From Dehalococcoidia bacterium (GTDB taxonomy: Bacteria; Chloroflexota; Dehalococcoidia; Dehalococcoidales; RBG-16-60-22): a stretch of DNA of 38,276 nt. Numbering within the stretch: position 1 is the stretch's first letter; each line of letters starts with the position of its first letter. Positions 34,548 through 38,276 of the stretch are shown here, in pieces. A model generated the notes under the pieces. The model saw only the letters and a list, made by a program, of their open reading frames with translations. It did no database searches and was not told the origin of the DNA. The translations under genes were made by a program, and so were the position numbers. The stretch covers positions 1-38,276 of the forward strand of contig JBGPRB010000003.1 of the NCBI GenBank assembly GCA_041489355.1. The letters run 5' to 3'.

Positions 34548-35531
34548 TTACCCCAGCCCTACCCTCTTTTTAACCTCGGCCAGGGTCTTTTCGGCAAGCG
34601 GACGGGCTTTGGCAGCCCCTTCGGCAAGGATAGCATCGATATGGCCGGGCTCGGCGGTAAGTTCCCGGTAACGTTCCTGCAAAGGGCGCAGGCCTTCAAT
34701 CACTACCTCAGCCAGGGCTTTCTTAAAGTCGCTGTAGCCCTTGCCTTCAAACTGCGACTCTATCTCTTTTTTATCACCGCCGGTGAAGAGCTGGTAGATA
34801 GTCAGCAGGTTGTTAATGCCGGGGCGGCTTTCATCGAAGCGTATATCCTTCAGCGAGTCGGTAGTCGCCCGCGCTATTTTGGACCGGATGGCATCGGGCG
34901 TATCCAGCAGGTTGATAGCGTGGTTCGGGGCATCTTCGCTCTTGCTCATTTTTTTAGTCGGGTCGTCCAGCCCCATGATACGGGCGCCGACGCTGGCAAT
35001 CATCGGCTCCGGCAGCACGAAGGTCTCGCCGTAGATATTATTGAAACGCTGGGCGGCATCCCTGGCAAGCTCGACGTGCTGTTTCTGGTCTTCGCCTACT
35101 GGCACGACATCCGTCCTGTAAAGCAGGATATCGGCGGCCATCAAAGCCGGATAGTCAAAGAGGCCGACGCTCACCTGCTCTCTGTGTTTGGCGGATTTCT
35201 CTTTAAACTGGGTCATGCGCTGCATCCACCCCATGGGGATAAAGCAGTTGAGAATCCAGGCCAGCTCGCTGTGGGCGCTGATGTGCGACTGCACAAAAAC
35301 GATAGACCGCTCGGGGTCGATGCCGGCGGCCAGAAGCAGTCCGGTGACCTCGCGGGTCCTGGTTTTAAGTACAACGGGGTCCTGCTGGATGGTGATGGCA
35401 TGGAGGTCTACGATACAGAAGATATTATCGTACTTCTCCTGCATAGCCACCCAGTACTTGATGGCTCCCAGGTAATTACCTATCATTATTATGCCCGTCG
35501 GCTGGATGCCGGAAAAGACACGCTTTTTCAT
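34548..35531 (-). CDS. trpS: Tryptophan--tRNA ligase
   Basis: FSGIQPTG, VDLHAIT, YPALMAADILLY, VPVGEDQKQH, KMSKS. Confidence 0.97.
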   Translation of the reverse strand: MKKRVFSGIQPTGIIMIGNYLGAIKYWVAMQEKYDNIFCIVDLHAITIQQDPVVLKTRTREVTGLLLAAGIDPERSIVFVQSHISAHSELAWILNCFIPMGWMQRMTQFKEKSAKHREQVSVGLFDYPALMAADILLYRTDVVPVGEDQKQHVELARDAAQRFNNIYGETFVLPEPMIASVGARIMGLDDPTKKMSKSEDAPNHAINLLDTPDAIRSKIARATTDSLKDIRFDESRPGINNLLTIYQLFTGGDKKEIESQFEGKGYSDFKKALAEVVIEGLRPLQERYRELTAEPGHIDAILAEGAAKARPLAEKTLAEVKKRVGLG

Positions 35532-35588
35532 CGGGACCTCCTGACATTGGAAAGTTTAGCATAAACATGAGCGTAGCGGCAAGGTGAA

Positions 35589-35618
35589 TTGACGTTGTGT
35601 GTATTAGGTTGCTACTAT
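35589..35618 (+). promoter_or_regulatory. Putative promoter of the gamma-CA gene
   Basis: TTGACG-N18-TACTAT with extended TG. Confidence 0.45.
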
Positions 35619-35639
35619 GAAATGAACGGGGGCGAACAT

Positions 35640-36158
35640 ATGATAAAGAGCTTTAACGGAAAAACGCCAAAGATAGCTGCATCGGCTTTCATCAGCGAGG
35701 CAGCCTATATCGTCGGCGACGTGGAAATAGGGGAGAACTCGAGTGTCTGGCCCGGGGCGGTGATAAGGGGGGACACCGGTCGGGTCGTCATCGGCAAATA
35801 CTCTGCAATTGAGGATAACTGTGTGGTCCACTCCGGGATACCGGGTAGAGGGGACACCTTTATCGGCGATATGGTGAATGTCGGCCATGGGGCGGTGATT
35901 CACGGTCGCAAAATCGGCCATAACGTGCTGGTGGGCATCAACGCCGTTATCCTGCACGATGCGGAAATCGGCAATTTCTGCCTCATTGGCGCCGGCTGCC
36001 TGGTAAATGAAGGCATGGTTATTCCGGACAATTCGTTTGTCGTGGGAATTCCCGGAAAGATAAAAGGAAAAGTCTCGGAAGAGCAGATGCTCTGGCTCAG
36101 AGATGTGCCGCGGGAATATGCCGGGCTGGGTAAGCAATATAAAGAGGAAGGGCTGTAG
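35640..36158 (+). CDS. Gamma carbonic anhydrase family (hexapeptide-repeat) protein
   Basis: P.I...AFI...A.IVGDV.IG..SSVW.GAVIRGD; three His ligands (VVH, VGH, VIH). Confidence 0.92.
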   Translation: MIKSFNGKTPKIAASAFISEAAYIVGDVEIGENSSVWPGAVIRGDTGRVVIGKYSAIEDNCVVHSGIPGRGDTFIGDMVNVGHGAVIHGRKIGHNVLVGINAVILHDAEIGNFCLIGAGCLVNEGMVIPDNSFVVGIPGKIKGKVSEEQMLWLRDVPREYAGLGKQYKEEGL

Positions 36159-36163
36159 GGGAG

Positions 36164-36194
36164 AGTTATCAGTTATGAGTTGTCAGTTATCAGT
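36164..36194. repeat. Heptamer tandem repeat (AGTTATC)x4, degenerate
   Basis: AGTTATC AGTTATG AGTTGTC AGTTATC AGT; similar run at 8501-8521. Confidence 0.6.
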
Positions 36195-36225
36195 GATGGG
36201 GGGGAGGGAAAAGGGGCGGGTGAAC

Positions 36226-36263
36226 GGATTGCTTCGTCCTTCAGCGGAAGGACTCGCAATGAC
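36226..36263. repeat. REP-like element GGATTGCTTCG-hairpin-CTCGCAATGACA
   Basis: Recognisable GATTGCTTCG...CTCGCAATGAC pattern with internal GTCCTTC-AGCG-GAAGGAC stem. Confidence 0.65.
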
Positions 36264-36275
36264 ATGATAAACATG

Positions 36276-37934
36276 TCACATTCTATCCGGTGCTTTCATG
36301 CCCATTAAATTTAAAGTCCTGCCCAGAACGAGCTTGGCGGCTTTCACCAGCTTGAGACGCGCTCCGGTCATAGCTTTGTCGTCGGTGACAACCCGGCATT
36401 GCTTGTAAAAGGCATGGAAGGCGGTAGCCAGGTCCTGGGCATAGTAGGTCAGGTGGTGGGGCTCCAGTGTCTGGGCTATCGTCTCGACTATTTCCGGGAG
36501 GAGCAGCATCTTGCGTATCAGAATAAGCTCCGGCTCCGTAGTCAGCAGGGAGACATCGCCGTCACGGCTATCCGCTCCCTTTTCCCGGGCCAGGCGCAGA
36601 ATGCTGGCGATGCGGGCGTGGGCATACTGTACGTAGTAGACGGGGTTATCCGCCGATTGCTTTTTCGCCAGTTCCATGTCAAAGTCCATCTGGCTATCGG
36701 CGGTGCGGGAAAGGAAGAAAAAGCGGCAGGCATCAATACCCACTTCCTCGATAAGCTCACGCAGGGTAATGATGTCCCCGCTGCGCTTGGAGAGTTTGAC
36801 AATCTCGCCGCCGCGGCGCAGGGTGACCATCTGGTGGACAATAATCTGGAGCCGCTCCGGTTCGATGCCGAGAGCCCCGGCGACAGCTTTCATGCGAGAG
36901 ACGTGACCCATGTGGTCGGCGCCCCAGATATCGATAACGCGGTCAAACTTGCGTTCGATGAATTTGTTATAGTGATAGGCGATGTCGGCGGCGAAGTAGG
37001 TGGGTGAGCCGTTGCTGCGGATGACGACGTTATCTTTATCCTCGCCGAGGGCGGTAGAGACGAACCAGGTGGCGCCTTCCCTTTCGGTAATATAACCGCC
37101 CTGACGCAGCAGCACCATCACTTTATCGAACTGTCCGTTTACGTAAAGGGTCTTCTCACTGTACCAGACATCAAAGTCGACGCGCAGCCGTTTCAGGTCT
37201 TGGCGGGTGCTGTCGAGTATCTTCGCTAAGCCCAGCTGTCCCAGTCGGTCGATTCCCTCAGCCTCCGGCATCTTTAAAAAGCGGTCGCCCTCCTCCTCGA
37301 TAATCTCGGCGGCGAGGTCAACCATGTAGTTCCCCAGGTAGCCCTCGGTGGGCATCTCGACATCCCGGCCGAGGGCCTGCTGGTAGCGAGCGTAGAGCGA
37401 GTGCCGGAAGGCGTCCATCTGGCTGCCGGCATCATTAAAATAGTACTCCTTCACGACGCTATAGCCGCTGGCGGTCATGACGTTGCACAGGGTGCTGCCC
37501 AGGACGGCGCCGCGTCCGTGGCCGACGTGGAGCGGCCCGGTGGGGTTAAGACTGACGAACTCTATCTGTATCTGTTTCCCCTGGCCCAGGTCAATATTGC
37601 CGAAGGTATTACCGCTATCCAGTATCGATTCCACCTGCTGTGTCAACCAGTCGGACTTGAGGGTGAAGTTGATGAATCCCGGCGGGGCGACGGTGACGCT
37701 GTCAATCTCCGCCGAAGGTGTGATGAAACCGGCGATTTCAGCGGCGATTTTCAGGGGGCTGGTGCCGATGGCCCGCGCCAGCTTGAGAGAAATGCTCGAA
37801 GCGTAGTCGCCGTGCTCCGGGTTCTGGGGCCGCTCGATGATTATCTCCGGGAGGGTAACGGTAGGTAATTTGCCGGCCTGCTGCGCGGCGACGATGGCTT
37901 TAGTCAGTAATTCGGTTATGGTTTGCTTGAGCAT
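36276..37934 (-). CDS. argS: Arginine--tRNA ligase
   Basis: [56 protein letters not shown]. Confidence 0.97.
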   Translation of the reverse strand: MLKQTITELLTKAIVAAQQAGKLPTVTLPEIIIERPQNPEHGDYASSISLKLARAIGTSPLKIAAEIAGFITPSAEIDSVTVAPPGFINFTLKSDWLTQQVESILDSGNTFGNIDLGQGKQIQIEFVSLNPTGPLHVGHGRGAVLGSTLCNVMTASGYSVVKEYYFNDAGSQMDAFRHSLYARYQQALGRDVEMPTEGYLGNYMVDLAAEIIEEEGDRFLKMPEAEGIDRLGQLGLAKILDSTRQDLKRLRVDFDVWYSEKTLYVNGQFDKVMVLLRQGGYITEREGATWFVSTALGEDKDNVVIRSNGSPTYFAADIAYHYNKFIERKFDRVIDIWGADHMGHVSRMKAVAGALGIEPERLQIIVHQMVTLRRGGEIVKLSKRSGDIITLRELIEEVGIDACRFFFLSRTADSQMDFDMELAKKQSADNPVYYVQYAHARIASILRLAREKGADSRDGDVSLLTTEPELILIRKMLLLPEIVETIAQTLEPHHLTYYAQDLATAFHAFYKQCRVVTDDKAMTGARLKLVKAAKLVLGRTLNLMGMKAPDRM

Positions 37935-38007
37935 CGATATCCAGTCTTTTAATTAAAATGTACGCAAAAATTATAGCATAATGTGAGGGGAAAGGGTAAT
38001 AATAACA

Positions 38008-38128
38008 AAATCCCTCTCAATCTCCCTTTACGAAAGGGAGAGGCACAAGTTTCCCCCTTTTATAAAGGGGGAACAAGGGGGATTTTAAGATGGGGGGAAG
38101 AAAAAGAAAGAGGGGCTTTGCCCCTCTT
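38008..38128. repeat. REP-like palindrome cluster
   Basis: AAATCCCTCT..TCTCCCTTT..AAAGGGAGA..TTCCCCCTTT..AAAGGGGGAA..AGGGGGATTT and AAGAGGGGC-TT-GCCCCTCTT. Confidence 0.7.
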
Positions 38129-38156
38129 AGATGTCCTGTATGCTGATTTCGGAAGG

Positions 38157-38276
38157 TTATTTTGGTGTAATTTCTTCATGCCCAATTATATTGCCATTTT
38201 CCGAATCTATTTGGTATCGAAACGCTCGTTTCTCTGTGCCCAATAGCCCTTTCTTATATTGGAAAGTACCTTCTAC
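38157..38276 (-). CDS. 3' end of a gene running in from beyond the window (partial)
   Basis: Open frame VEGTFQYKKGLLGTEKRAFRYQIDSENGNIIGHEEITPK* ending at 38157; AT-rich. Confidence 0.5.
   Translation of the reverse strand, partial: VEGTFQYKKGLLGTEKRAFRYQIDSENGNIIGHEEITPK

Noticed and set aside
33264-35564. Long antisense ORFs (33264..34199 minus, 34641..35564 plus; similarly 10601..11257, 5080..5748, 36399..37007)
   Set aside because: Shadows of well-supported genes on the opposite strand, caused by codon bias; no recognisable motifs
35532-35640. T-box leader for trpS, and a LexA-like half site (CGAACATATG) at the gamma-CA start
   Set aside because: The intergenic region is too short and lacks the T-box consensus; the second GTTC half-site is absent

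Overview
Bacterial chromosomal window. Gene content and style suggest Chloroflexota, class Dehalococcoidia (inference, not a database result). Left part (1-7.7 kb): mixed accessory genes (STAS-like, CGGC, mscL, SnoaL, SDR, hicBA, Fe-S protein, IPT/TIG surface protein). Centre (7.8-17.0 kb): a compact, mostly host-like-GC phage head/virion gene cluster (Cys-rich HTH regulator, portal, scaffold, HK97-fold major capsid, two structural proteins, head-tail adaptor, hub-like and spike-like proteins). It has no integrase, terminase, replication, lysis, tail-tube or tape-measure gene in the window. Its promoter has a Gram-positive/Dehalococcoides-type LexA-like box in the spacer, making it a candidate SOS-inducible gene-transfer-agent-like or domesticated capsid system. 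Converging on it (17.0-23.2 kb, minus strand) is an operon with an ER-type (SipW-like) signal peptidase and two paralogous TasA-like secreted proteins, one with an N-terminal ubiquitin-like domain ahead of its signal peptide. Upstream of these are a pseudo-response regulator, an OmpR regulator, a sensorless kinase and an XRE (SinR-like) repressor. Right part: housekeeping genes (rpsU, yqeY-like, gatC, gatA, trpS, argS, aminotransferase) interspersed with two RelE-type TA modules and an AT-rich Abi gene. Intergenic regions carry several families of REP-like palindromes, some apparently nested. No rRNA, tRNA or CRISPR array seen.
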